From Octopus sinensis (taxonomy: Eukaryota), in the NCBI RefSeq assembly GCF_006345805.1, contig NC_043005.1, forward strand, positions 95,232,001 through 95,296,000: a DNA stretch of 64,000 nucleotides, in the 5' to 3' direction. Positions 12,991-27,400 of the stretch are shown in pieces; the stretch's first letter is position 1; every line of letters begins with the position of its first letter. The translations under genes and the position numbers were made by a program. The notes under the pieces were generated by a model, which made no database searches, was not told the origin of the DNA, and was given only the letters and a program-made list of their open reading frames with translations.

Positions 12991-13959
12991 GTAGGGGTGT
13001 TCTTTGTCTATGTTTGTATTTATGCTTGCACTAATTAAAAAAAAATAATGCTGTTCGTGTTGTGTTCCTTAGCGAAACAGTTCAACATTAGCAGAGAGGA
13101 GGATATGATAGGTGAAAACCTTTGAATATGGCTGGCTGAAACAAGTAAAAGAATATGTAATGGTGTGTGCATATGAATGTGTGAATGTGAGTGTGTCCCC
13201 GTCCAAAATATGTCACAGCAAATGTTATTTAGATCCAGATCGCCTCTGGACAAGCAGACTTATAATGAAGGACGTTCCAGCCGAGACCATCCCAATTAAT
13301 CGTATATCAGCGATTACATTATCCAATGTGTCCTCTCTCTTTTACTCGCTTTTTTAAGACACTAGAATGTGGTTTGAGTGAGATTTGGCTGCTAATTCAA
13401 GCGAATCGTGCGACTGAGAAGAGGCGCCTACAGCTATGCTGTAGCCGTCATTATGGATGTTGCTCGTAGACAGACGCTTTGCAAGAGTGCAAAGAAAGTA
13501 TCATTCATAGAAAGAATTGATTAGACAAAGCTATTGTTCGAGTATTTTAAGATATCATTGAAGGAGATGAAATAGATTTCTCAGCTGAATAGCAGCCATT
13601 AATCATTAGTTGCTGTAACTATGGTAATGAAGCTACAAAAAATATATAAGAACGAGAAATAGAAAGATACAAACAGAAATAAAACTAAAGCCCATGGCAA
13701 CGAAATAATAGCGCGATGGAAGGATTATTACAATGAAATTCCAGTGTGAATGGAATAATCCACCGAATCTGCCGATTGTTGCCGTTTAATCGTTACATGA
13801 GATGGACAAGATTGTGCTCTTGTTTCGTATGCTATCTAACAACTAACTGATCGATAGAACCAGTGTTTGCGTAAATGAGTTTCAAGGTACCCCAGGGTAC
13901 AGTGGAAACAGTTCTGGAGTACTTCGAGATCAGTTGTATTTTAATAGAATTTAATTTTT

Positions 13960-14340
13960 TATCTCTTAGCTTTTGCTTGTTTCAGTCATTGGACTGCGGC
14001 CATCCTGGGGCCCGCCTTGAAGGGTTTAGTCGAAAAAATCGATTCTTGTACTGATTTTTAAAGTTTGGTATTTATCCTCCCGGTTTCTTTTGCCGAGTCA
14101 CAAAGTAACGAGGATTTAAACAAACTGATATCGGTTGTCAAGCGGTGATGAGGACCAAACCCTTCCCGCCATATATATATATATGAGGTGGGCTTCCACA
14201 CAGTTTTCGTTCACCAGATTCACTCAAAAGGGATCGGGGTTATAGTTGAAGACATTTGCCCAAGGTGTCACGCAGTGGAACTGAACTCGAAGCCCCGTGG
14301 GTGCAAAGTGCGCTTCTTAACCACTCAGCCATGTCCGTAC
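13960..14340 (-). mobile_element. SINE family A, diverged
   Basis: ttgtttcagtcattggactgcggccat...catttgcccaaggtgtcacgcagtggaactgaac. Confidence 0.7.
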
Positions 14341-14865
14341 CTATTTATTTTATCGATATATATATCGTGGTTCACCTATCACGGTTTATTATTTAAGCTT
14401 ATGTCGATTCCTTCGTGGTGTTGTCTTGCATTTATAATAAAATAAATATATACAAATTATGAAAATAATAAAATATATATACAGTACAGTACTGTTTCTA
14501 CCTCGCAGATTTTCGCCTATCGAGGTGTGTTTTGGAACTTAACACTCGCGATAGTCGCGGGATTACTGTATATTCACCGTTATCAAAATAGTTGTTTTTA
14601 ATTCAGGCACAAAGTCAGCAATTTTGGTAAGAGGGAACGGATAGTCCTCTCTTATCAAAATCCCAGCATCGACCCCAGCACTAGTTTGATAATTTATTTT
14701 ATCGATGAAAGGGAAATTTGACCACAGATCTGAACACAGAACGTAAAATACTAGGAAATCTGCAACGAAATTGTCTCCGACGTTCTGATGATTGTGCCAA
14801 TCCACCGAGCTCTAAAGTTATTGAAGTAATAATTTATTACATCAATATCTTGTAAATGTACAAAT

Positions 14866-14903
<38 letters not shown>

Positions 14904-17118
14904 AATGTTTGTGTCTGTTGTGGATCGTAGTAATGAAAAACAAGTCAATCAGTAATACGCAAAATTTTTATAAGCAACACAATTTAGAAAAGCAAGGTGA
15001 GATACTCTCCTGATAAGAAGATTTTCTTGCTTTTTATAATAATATATGGTAAGAAGAGTCCATTGTTTGATTATTCTAATTTATTATTATGTTTTTGTTT
15101 TTGGTAAACTTTTTGATTTTCAGTGCAATAATAATCAGTAATGTTCAATCCTAAACTTTGATGGTTCAAATTCATACGACTCCGAACCTCTTAACAATGT
15201 CATTTAATGTCTTATTAAACAATTTCTTGCCTTGGTTGTGGTCTGTAAAATATGTTTGGTTCCGCGATTTTTGGAAAATTGCATAATGGGTTCTGAGACA
15301 AAGTAAGTGTAGGAGCGACTAGATTAAACCATTATTTCAGTGGTCAAGAAGTAAATCATCCCAATTGAACAGGAGATTGAAGTTGTGTTTGTGGGAGTGG
15401 TGGTAGGTGGGTGTCTGGAACTGGGATTAAACAACAATGAACATTGACTTCTTTGACTTTCTAGATAGAGCATTCAAATTACCCTCAAAATACACATTGG
15501 ACAATTTAACTTAAGATATACTTGTACCTAAAAACAAAAGAGCCTGTCATGAATTGAGCGATTTTGATTATCTGTCTGCCGAATCATGGTTCACCAGGGA
15601 CTAAACAACAACAACCAGATAATTTTTTAATGCGACGTCTAGAGAAAATGCTAGGATATTACAGAAATTTCAATTTATAGATTAAAATCACCGGAAAAAT
15701 TCAATTTTATAAATTTGGTTTAATATGTCAAATTAATAATAGGCTACTATAATAGATTAAATAGGCTACAATAGGCTAATTAATATTTGAGTGAAAATGT
15801 TAGAAAATATTTCATTTAATTTCTTTCTTTCAAAATTTTCCTCTTATAAGAATTACAAAATGCTTAATTTGGAAATATTTAGTAAAATTAAAAAACGTTT
15901 TGGATAAAGATGCCTGATAGAAAATGTCGCGTTAAAAACATTTGATTGTAAATTTTTGATTTAGAACATCCGATAGAATATATTCGATAGTAAATTATTG
16001 ACAGTAAATGTTTGCTCGAAAATATTGAGCTTAAAATAGCAAAAGCATTTAATAAAAATTATCTGATTAAAAAATGTTAGACGGAAAGTGTGAGATTGAA
16101 TTTTTTTTTTTTAACGAAGATATTTAGACGGAAATGTAAGAGAAAAAATTATTGAATATAATACTAACTACAACTTTGGCTAATGATGCCAACAAATGAT
16201 GTACAGTCTCAAGTTGACTAAATTCGGTAACTATCGTTAACATTTTTCCAGTGTTGGATAGGAGTTGTTTCACAAATAGAAAGCCCAGGTCTGCTACTAC
16301 AGCTGTCAGTCAGCTGGGGAAAGATGGTATGACAAACAATTAAATCAGAAAACCTATGAACGCTTAAAACATGTCATTTGTGTTACTGATTCAAGACATG
16401 ACATACTTCCTGTCTTCTTATAAAAGAAGACATGTCATAGAAATGTTTATTTTACATCCAGTAAATAGATCGTCTCACCTACTACCATTGTTACAGCCGC
16501 ATTAGGCCAAGTTGTTCTTCTTTATCGAGACCCGGTCTCGACTAAGAATTACTTTTATATATGTCCTTGGAAAAAAATCATGAATGTCACATTCCTTTCT
16601 CCCTTTGAATTCGAGATTACATATCTCTATATAAGAAATTACAACTACAAACACAATTACTACGACTGTTACCTCCACACCACCACCACCACCACAATTA
16701 CTACTACTTCCACTATGCAAATATGGCCGACACAGTCGAGAGCCAAACTCTCATGTTTTAAAATATCATCTAGTCTGTTCCCAAGTTCCGCCGAGGGTTT
16801 ATAAAATTAAGTACCTGTAGTACCTAAGATTGATTCAGTCAAATATATACATTCCCACTGCATCCTTCGATCTTAATCGAAAGAAGTCAATTTTTAGGTT
16901 TTTTCTTTTTTTATATTTTTGTAATCGTGGGGACGGCAACAAGCAGACGATAGAAGGAAACAAAGACAGACGAAGAGACACGAAAATAGGAGAAATAAAA
17001 TCGTTTTATCGCTCTTATCGATCTAATTAGAAACTGTGCTGATCTGTCTGATCTTTTATACCTATCTGTCCGCCTGTCTAGCTATCCTTCTATCTAGTCT
17101 GTCTATATCTATTTATGC

Positions 17119-17220
<102 letters not shown>

Positions 17221-17327
17221 TTATCTATCTATCTGCCTGTCTATCTATTTATCTATCTGTCTATCTATCTATCTGTTTATCTATCTGTCTGTCTATCTAT
17301 CTATCTATCTGTTTATCTATCTGTCTG

Positions 17328-17376
<49 letters not shown>

Positions 17377-17701
17377 TTATCTATTTATCTATCTATCTAT
17401 TTACAAATCTGACTTACTATTCTGTCTATTTGCATTCATATATTGAGGATACTCACAGCTGAGACCCCCCCTTAAAAGGTCTTCTTCATACCATTTTTAT
17501 TATTTATTTATTAATTTGTTAATTTGCATATTTCTGTCATTCATTTACTCCAGTTAAATTATGGAATCTACCGACGTCTTAGTCTTCGGTTATGGAGGTG
17601 GTGGCGGCGGCGGCGGTGGTGGTGGGGATGCTGGTGAGGATAACAGCAACAACAACAAAAACAACTACGGGACAGGGCGACGGATTTTACTCTACCTCTC
17701 A

Positions 17702-17752
<51 letters not shown>

Positions 17753-18114
17753 TTATCTATTTATCTATCTATCTACAAACACAATTACTACGACTGTTAC
17801 CTCCACACCACCACCACCACCACCACAATTACTATCTAGTGGGGTTCGAACTCAGAGTGCAAAGAGCCTGAGCAAACACAGCAAGCACCTTGTCCTGTGG
17901 GAGTTGCAACTAGAAAGAATCTTTGTGATAAAACACACCTTGGGAATGACCCTCACAGACAAATACACATGTCTCACACCACAGGTTTCAAACATTTGCA
18001 CAATATATAAACAGTAGCAATAGAATAGAAACAGAAAAAGTAACATACGAGACAATGCGCATGGAGCTGCGTTCGATTCTGCAGTGGAAGCGCGTAATGA
18101 AAATTTAAGTACGA

Positions 18115-18172
<58 letters not shown>

Positions 18173-18183
18173 GCAATAATAAT

Positions 18184-18520
18184 ATTCTGCTCAATACCAC
18201 AGATTTGCTTGCCAGTTGCTTGACCTTAACCAGTTGAGCATGTCCCTTAGTGGCTGACGATATGTGTATCTCTGATCACAAGCAGAAGTAGTTGGGAAGC
18301 ATCATAGCCATGTGTTGAGAAGGATTCTTTGGGATTTGAATAATTCACCTTTGGAAACATGGATGGTTCGTTCAACATCCTTAAGCAACCCTTATTCAGG
18401 GACCTTTTAAGCAGGATGGGTTACTCGACCTGAAGAAAATTCTAACTGGGCCCCACCTGCAAGGTCATGTGCTGTTTATCTTGATATGAGATCACCATGT
18501 CGCGCACACATGGTTGTGAT
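18184..18520 (-). mobile_element. (ATT)n-tailed retroposon 3' segment
   Basis: Reverse complement of 60555-60752 (cacatatcgtcagccactaagg..acatgctcaact..aagcaaatctgtggtattgagcagaatatt); adjoins (TAA)n at 18117-18183. Confidence 0.65.
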
Positions 18521-19269
18521 GCATGTGCCTGGTGTACCCTTATCAGACGGGTTGTCATGATGGGGCATGCACTGCTCTCTCACTCAATAATAATAATAAT
18601 AATCTTTTCTACTATAGGCACAAGGCCTGGAATTTTGGGGAGAAGGGGCATGTTAATTACATCGACCCCAGTACTCAACTAATTACTTATTTTATCAGAA
18701 TTTGAACTCAAAAGGTAAAAAGCCGGGGAAAAAATACCGCTTAGCATTAGGTTCGATGCGGAAACGATTCTGCCAGTTCGTCGCCTTACTATCAACAACA
18801 ACAACAACATCAACAATAATAATACATTCTAATAATTTGGGAGAGAGGGTAAGTCGATTAACATCGACCTCGGTGCTCATCTGGTGGTACTGTTATCCAA
18901 CCGGAAAGGATGAAAGGCAAAGTTGATTGCGGCCGAATAATAATTTCTTTAATTGACATAAGGGTGACGGATATTGTGCAGTGGTTAATATTAGAAAGAC
19001 ATACTGTTCTGTAAAAGACTGCGGGCTTTTAAATCAAATACGATACGAAAACAACATATGAAACTCGAAATTTTTGAGAAATTATGAAAATATTGGGGCT
19101 GCATCATTTCTAAAAGAAATGTATCTGATATTAATATATCTGACATCCAATGTTTTTTTTTTTTTTTAAATAAGAGAAAAATATAATTATTTAGTCACTA
19201 GGTCATACCAATAGCTGCTGCACAAGAAGAAGAAGAAGAAGAAGAAGAAGAAGAAGAAGAAGAAGCAGT

Positions 19270-19331
<62 letters not shown>

Positions 19332-19421
19332 AAGAAGTAGTAGTAGTAAAACCGGTGCTAATACTGAGCAACAGGTTGGTATAAAGAGAGCATTCAGTCA
19401 AATACTACCAGATGCACGCTC

Positions 19422-19486
<65 letters not shown>

Positions 19487-19660
19487 TCGAAACAATTTGT
19501 TGGCCTTTTACAGTTTTTACAATCATTTATATAATATTATGTTATGTTATATATTATATTATATTCATAGTATTTAATGTAATATTGTAATATAAATAAA
19601 TTAATGGATTGTCAATAGAGTTATACACACACACACACACACATATATATACATATATAA

Positions 19661-19712
<52 letters not shown>

Positions 19713-19747
19713 TAAGCAATTAAGGGTTTAGCAACGAATTGCCTCAC

Positions 19748-19822
<75 letters not shown>

Positions 19823-20045
19823 ATCAATATAGGGTGGCAAAAAAATTTTGTAGAATTTTTTTGCCACCAGCGGCCTAGTGGGAAAAAATTAAATAGTCAT
19901 AGACCATTTATAAGTTCAACATTACAATCAAGGAACGGCCATAATAGGCCATTCACCCACTAGAAATAACAGCCAAAGCTTCTACCGCAAAATAACATTA
20001 ATTCCGCAAACCAGGAGAAAATTAAAAAAACATTTACCCAGTAAT

Positions 20046-20148
20046 TTCTTATACGATGCACCGTTTCATCTATTGTTTAATGGTAAACTAACCTGATTAA
20101 ATTAAATCAAGCCAATCTTCCATAGGCCGATAGATTCGTCAGTAAGAA
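20046..20148 (-). ncRNA. Type I hammerhead ribozyme (left arm)
   Basis: Reverse complement of 20586-20688; all core nucleotides and helices intact. Confidence 0.85.
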
Positions 20149-20585
20149 GCAGCCAGATCGGAACAGATATTTTCACGAGGCACTTCAATCCCTGCCTCGG
20201 CAATATCTGACCTAAAATTTTCAAATCATCGCACTCGCGCCAAATTTATCGGCAGCAAATAAATATAAGCCGCCGATTCCATTACGGAACTAACCAGAAA
20301 ATTCATAATTAATCAATATAGGGTGGCAAAAAGATTTTGTAGAATTTTTTTGCCACCAGCGGCCTAGTGGAAAAAAATTAAATAGTCATAGACCATTTAT
20401 AAGTTCAACATCACAATCAAGGAACGGCCATAATAGGCCATTCACGGAATCGTGGAATCGGCGGCTTATATTTATTTGCTGCCGATAAATTTGGCGCGAG
20501 TGCGATGATTTGAAAATTTTAGGTCAGATATTGCCGAGGCAGGGATTGAAGTGCCTCGTGAAAATATCTGTTCCGATCTGGCTGC

Positions 20586-20688
20586 TTCTTACTGACGAAT
20601 CTATCGGCCTATGGAAGATTGGCTTGATTTAATTTAATCAGGTTAGTTTACCATTAAACAATAGATGAAACGGTGCATCGTATAAGAA
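20586..20688 (+). ncRNA. Type I hammerhead ribozyme (right arm), predicted cleavage after GUA at 20682
   Basis: Helix I UUCUUA/UAAGAA; core CUGACGA (20592-98); helix II closes AUCUAU/AUAGAU; GAAA (20667-70); helix III CGGUGCAUCG; UA. Confidence 0.85.
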
Positions 20689-20820
20689 ATTACTGGGTAA
20701 ATGTTTTTTTAATTTTCTCCTGGTTTGCGGAATTAATGTTATTTTGCGGTTGAAGCTTTGGCTGTTATTTCTAGTGGGTGAATGGCCTCTTATGGCCGTT
20801 CCTTGATTGTGATATATATA

Positions 20821-20856
<36 letters not shown>

Positions 20857-20934
20857 TGTAGTATGTATGTATGTATGCGTGCGTGCATGTATACGCGCAC
20901 ACACACACATTCACATATAACATTGCCCTAAATA

Positions 20935-21420
20935 TTTTTGCAATCCTTGTGGTGAATAAAGAGACGTGTGGGACAGGCAATTTTCGCCTGCCTGGTGGCA
21001 ATAGCGAAAGAGGTCGTATGGTGCACCAAGGTTGAAAGGACTGAAGACCGACACTCTTCTCTTGGGCCAGTCCCTCACCAACTGGAAAGAAAGATGAGGG
21101 TGAGGAGAGAAGGGCTGCCGCCCAGTACATTTGCTGTAAGGTAGCGAAAGTGGCCCGTGTGAGTGGACCTGTAGGCTGGTGAATTTGAGGAGGTGAGGTG
21201 TACCCTTTCCGAGTACATCTCAAGGCGTCGAGTGGTTCAGGATTGGTGGGGCACCTGAGCCAACCTGGGTGGTCATCCCCTTTATTGGGAAAATCTCATT
21301 GTTATATTTTTCTTGCTTAATGTTTATTGTTATTGTTTTCTGAATTGTTTACTCGTTGTTTTGTGTAAAACCCCTACCGTCCCCGTCCACTGTATTGTCC
21401 CCTATAAATGAAATAATAAC
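20935..21420 (+). mobile_element. Tx1/L1-clade LINE 3' fragment (end of ORF2 plus 3' UTR)
   Basis: Translates with frameshifts FACLVAIAKEVVWCT..LKGLKTDTLLLGQSL, homologous to FIILVAMAKECIWWTRLKGLETNTFLSGQSL at 43454-43864; ends in (AAT)n. Confidence 0.7.
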
Positions 21421-21474
21421 AATAATAATAATTATAGTTATCATTATTACTACTACTATTATTATTATTATTAT

Positions 21475-21510
<36 letters not shown>

Positions 21511-21524
21511 GGGTGGTGGTAGTG

Positions 21525-21556
<32 letters not shown>

Positions 21557-21690
21557 GGTGGTGGTAGTAGTGGTGGTGGTGGTGGTGGTGGTGGTGGTGG
21601 TGGTAGTAGTATTAGTAGTAGTAGTGGTGGTGGTGGTGGTAGTAGTAGTAGTAGTGGTGGTGGTAGTGGTGGTGGTGGTGGTGGTGGTAA

Positions 21691-21723
<33 letters not shown>

Positions 21724-21977
21724 GGTGGTGGTGGTAGTAGTAGTAGTGGTGGTGGTGGTGGTGGTGGTGGTGGTGGTGGTGGTGGTGGTGGTAGTAGTAT
21801 TAGTAGTAGTAGTGGTGGTGTGGTGGTAGTAGTAGTAGTAGTAGTGGCGGTGGTGGTGGTAAAGTAGTAGTAGTAGTGGTGGTGGTGGTAGTAGTAGTGG
21901 TGGTGGTGGTGGTGGTGGTGGTGGTGGTGGTGGTGGTGGTGGTAGTAGTATTAGTAGTAGTAGTGGTGGTGGTGGTG

Positions 21978-22009
<32 letters not shown>

Positions 22010-22125
22010 GTGGTGGTGGTGGTGGTAAAATAGTAGTAGTAGTGGTGGTGGTGGTAGTAGTAGTGGTGGTGTGGTGGTGGTGGTGGTGGTGGTGGTGGTG
22101 GTGGTGGTAGTAGTAGTTGTATCAT
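21415..22125. repeat. Compound trinucleotide array (AAT)/(TAG)/(TGG), about 710 bp
   Basis: Direct reading; produces the spurious poly-P/T/V/G ORFs. Confidence 0.95.
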
Positions 22126-22340
22126 TATTATTGTTTCGTCGTGCATCTAAAAACTGTTATTGACATTTAACATCCTCTTACAAACGTGCGTATGTGTGTA
22201 TATATTACGTGGGTGTGCGTATGAGCGTGTGTGCGTGTGCGTGCGTGTGCGTATCAAGCTTGTGCAAGTGTTACATAGGTTCTTATGTATATGTATATAT
22301 GTTTATGCGCATGTATATATGTAAGAGTAAAGATATATAT

Positions 22341-22706
22341 TCTTTTATTCTTTTACTCGTTTCACTTATTTGACTGGGTCCATAGTTGTGCACCGCCTTT
22401 TTGTCGAAGAAATCGACTCCTGGACTTATTGTTCGTAAGCCTAGTACTTATTCTATTGGTCTTTTCTGCCGAACTGCTAAGTTACGGGGACGCAAACACA
22501 CCAGCATCGGTTGTCAAGCGATGGTGGAGGAGACAAACAAAGACACAAACATACACACACACATATACATACATATATACGACGGGCTTCTTTCAGTTTC
22601 CGTCTACCAAATCCACTCACAAGGCTTTGGTTGGCCCGAGGTTATAGTAGACGACACTTACCCAAGGTGCCACGCAATGGGACTGAACCCGCAACTATGT
22701 GGTTGG

Positions 22707-22707
<1 letters not shown>
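22341..22707 (-). mobile_element. SINE family A
   Basis: gacgggcttctttcagtttccgtctaccaaatccactcacaaggctttgg...acccaaggtgccacgcaatgggactgaaccc. Confidence 0.8.
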
Positions 22708-22765
<58 letters not shown>

Positions 22766-22970
22766 GAATTTGTGTTGCAAGATTCCTGATGTGAAATCGT
22801 GTGTGTTGAAACTGATATTGTAGTATTTTGGGATGGTCATTTTTTTCTTTTTTCTTTTGCCAAATAAACACATGCACTATATATTCGTTCTTCACACTGT
22901 TCTTATTCTAACTCATGTTGATTGTCCATTTGGCAGAAACAAAATGACCATCCCGAAATACAGCAATGTG

Positions 22971-22999
<29 letters not shown>

Positions 23000-23005
<6 letters not shown>

Positions 23006-25182
23006 TTGAAAGGCACAAATAAAGGTTCCTCTTTCCTCGAGATGTGTAGGGTCTCAAGGACCAGCAAAACTTAACAGTTGTATCCATACGTGCCCTCTAC
23101 CCTAGATCCGACCAGAAAGAACTAATACCCTCAGATCGTTCCCAAACACACGTCCGACGTTCACAACACTCCCGAGAGAAAGAAGCTGTTTTGAACCCAC
23201 TGCTTCTTGAAGTAATCTCACTCCACCCCCCGCTTCCGGTTCCTAGAAAGAGGTTGTTTTGAATTCGTCGCTTCTTGAAGTGACGTCACTTCCTCTCACT
23301 TCTGCTCCCTCATCCTTCTTCCACACGCTCCTCTTATCTAAAGACCACTGCTCCTTTATTCCGTTTCGAAATCGTCCATCCACCTGAGTGAGAGTGACGC
23401 TCACTTTGAAATCTTCGCAGGGTTACCCTCCCAATGTCCAAAATATATCATTTCGAGTACTGAATCGTGGTCCCCGTTCCTTTCTCCCGCTGCCTCGTGC
23501 GCCGAGCATCAGAGGACTTCACCCACACTTAGTCCCCTCCACATCTAGCTGCTGCGGCACCACACTCGGGTGTCTCTATTCGTTCCGGAATATAGCCCTT
23601 TGCAGGATTGATCATTCAGTTTGCCCTACCCTGGGCGAGAAGACTGCCTCCATGGGGGAGATGTATCCCCTCTCTGCCATAGCTATGACTGTATGATGCT
23701 ATTGTTCCTCAATCCCGTTTTCACTTGGTTTGTACGCCGCTCTGAAAAAAACGTCTGATGCTGCTCTGAGCGAAAAACTGCTATTAACAGCTTATCTACT
23801 GGCCCCCTTTCCAAGAATATTGCACTCAACACTGCTGCTATTTAGGCCGCAGTCTCTGCCCTGATCTCTCTCCATTTTGCTATTCGCCCTGGCCGACAGT
23901 CGACCATTGAGAGGTATACCCTTTCATGATAGTACGTTACGTCAATCGCCAGCCTCTTCCAGTCTTCCCCCATTTGAATCTTTCCTGTTTCGTGCACCTG
24001 AATCGGTATCAGGTCGATGGATTGACACCTGTCACAATTCTCAACTACCTTCCGAACACTCTCCCTGGTGACATCGGAGTCGACCGTCCTGGTTAAAAAC
24101 AACGACTTATCGACCCCTATGTAGTGCATGTTGTGCAACCTCCTCAGTGCTGGACCCTCTGGCCGACAAGCTGTAGCCACTTTGCATGGAACATCCTCTG
24201 TCCTTTCCAACCAGTGCTTCTTTATTCTAGTTAGAACATCCACCTTATTCTTTTCCAAAGGCACGAAGATCACATGCAACTCCAGGACAAACTTAGCAGC
24301 TGCTCCCTCAGAATTCCCAGGCAACGCTTAATCACCATTTCCACGGCCCCTTTTGTGCGGATCCAATTCTGGTTAATGATCACCGATGCCACCCCACCCC
24401 AGTACCATGGCAGAATCGGACCGAATCTCGACAGCTCGCAGTCCCCATCTCAACGCTAGATTTACGCCCTTTAACACAGCATCCAGTTAAGCTACATTGA
24501 TGTGGTTGTAGTCGTCCTTCTTCCTGATCCACGCTGAATTCTCCACCTTAACACCTCCTATTTCCAGCTATACTACTTGCGTCACACCACGCGATCCCTT
24601 TCTTTTTTATATCAGACACATACCCGCTGCCCTTCACCGGATCTTCCGCTCGCATCCTCTCTAAGACATCTCGCATTATTGCAGTTGTCTTTTCTCCCAC
24701 TTTATCACTCCATTTCACACCTTCTGCTCACCTTTTGATGTAGCTGCATGTAGTTCGGAGCCACCCTGCGACAGGGTGGTGTCCCACCAGCTTCCCACAT
24801 ATCATGATACAGATTCGGGATCACGTTCCCTCTGCGAAACACAAGCCTACCCACTTTATCTCTTTCGAGATTAAGCCCCAGTGCTGTGCCTCCTATAGCC
24901 TCCAGTGTTTTGTCGTCAATCCGAACCTTCGAAGATGATTCACAATTTCCTCTGCTGATGCCACACTTTCATCCACCAGGATGTCATCAATATATGTGCT
25001 AGTTGCCGGATCCACTTTTTCCCAAAACCACCTTGAGAACTTTTACCATAACCTTCGGCGCTGAACTCAGGTCGAAACCGAACCGAGTTAGACAGTATGT
25101 TTTGCCGTTGTACCTCACTAGCTGATACCTCCATAACGTCTCGGGCACGTGGGGCTGCAGATAGGCCGACTTGAGGTTGACG
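23000..25182 (-). mobile_element. Ty3/Gypsy-like LTR retrotransposon remnant (RT, RNase H region, integrase pseudogene)
   Basis: RT motifs LKSAYLQ...YCLTRFGFDLSSAPKVM...TYIDDILV (25180-24960); integrase HHCC HNMH...CDRCQSID and core start WKRLAIDVTYY...YLSMVDC (24324-23842); stops and frameshifts; minus strand ends ...caactaca near 23000 (possible LTR end). Confidence 0.8.
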
Positions 25183-25191
25183 ATATATATA

Positions 25192-25230
<39 letters not shown>

Positions 25231-25398
25231 AGAAAGAGAGAGAATGAGAGAGAAAGCCAGATAGACAGACAGACAGAAAGAGAGATTCCTGCATATACAC
25301 ACGCAAATGCATTAAGCACAAGCGCACTAACGCATACGTATATATTCATACGTATATATTCGCACGTATTCACAGTAATCAATGTTATATATATGTAT

Positions 25399-25864
25399 GT
25401 CATTATTCAGTTTATTTCAAGATTTCTTGCCAATAGAAAAAGAACCGGTTTCTAACCTACTTCCAAGGCTCCTTCATTGGAATTTCAACATCTACATACA
25501 TACATACATACATACATACATACATACATACATACAGATTTGTATGTTTTGTTTTATGTATGCATTCTCATGCATATAGTTGCATATCTAGACATGCTCA
25601 TATATATTTAAATGATAAACTTCTGGAAAGTTTTACAGATGTTTACAGTTCCAGTGATAGATTGATCAGTAGTCTTCGAATTAGCTTTCTCTTTTCTGGT
25701 TTTGAGGAGCCTAATTTCTCAAGATTGGTATTTAGGCAGTGTGTTACATATCCCAGGGCCCTAATAATTACAGGTATAAACCTGAACTTGTAATCCGGAT
25801 AGAGTAACTGCAGATTTATCAATAGTTCATTCTGCCGCGCACAATTGTATTTAATTTGGGTCAA
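25399..25864 (-). mobile_element. RLE-type (R4-like) LINE 3' fragment
   Basis: LQLLYPDYKFRFIPVIIRALGYVTHCLNTNLEKLG...LIRRL..GTVNICKTF resembles an RLE C-terminus; 3' end aataaactgaataatg-(acat); same end at 2171-2262. Confidence 0.65.
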
Positions 25865-26304
25865 TTACAATCGTGGGAGTTCTTTCCCTTCCTCTCATCT
25901 AAGACAAAATTGTCACTAACACTAATGATTATTTTCCCTCTCATTTTAGTTATTATTTTAATTGATTAAGTATTATTTTCAGTTCAACGGGTCATGTACA
26001 AGCATCCACTGCCATACAAAATCGTTGCATTCCTGAAATTTTTTCTGTAATGTGAAACGTATTTTCTCTTATTGACTTCCATGTTGATACAATAATCAAT
26101 GGAAATGGAAGTCAACAGGTTACAGAATTTCACGTTACGACGAGATATTCAGAAACGCAATGCTTATGTATATATATGAACGACGACAGTGCTGAGGCTG
26201 AGGCTGTTAGTGGAATTCATCATCATCATCACCATCAGCAGCAGTAACAACAACAACAGCAGCAGCATGGTTCAACATGGGCCAAATGACGGAACCTCTA
26301 AGTA

Positions 26305-27400
<1,096 letters not shown>

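Larger units (their letters stand above)
19820..20813. mobile_element. Non-coding hammerhead-bearing element (retrozyme or Penelope pLTR-like): 489-nt unit, partial tandem copy and 361-bp inverted arms, in a (TA)n array
   Basis: Direct repeat 19820-19956 = 20309-20445; inverted arms 19921-20281 / 20453-20813 with about 3 mismatches seen by eye; (TA)n on both sides. Confidence 0.8.

Noticed and set aside
19833-19879. Helitron 3' end (hairpin plus CTAG|T)
   Set aside because: The motif is internal to the 489-nt hammerhead unit and no matching TC 5' end was found
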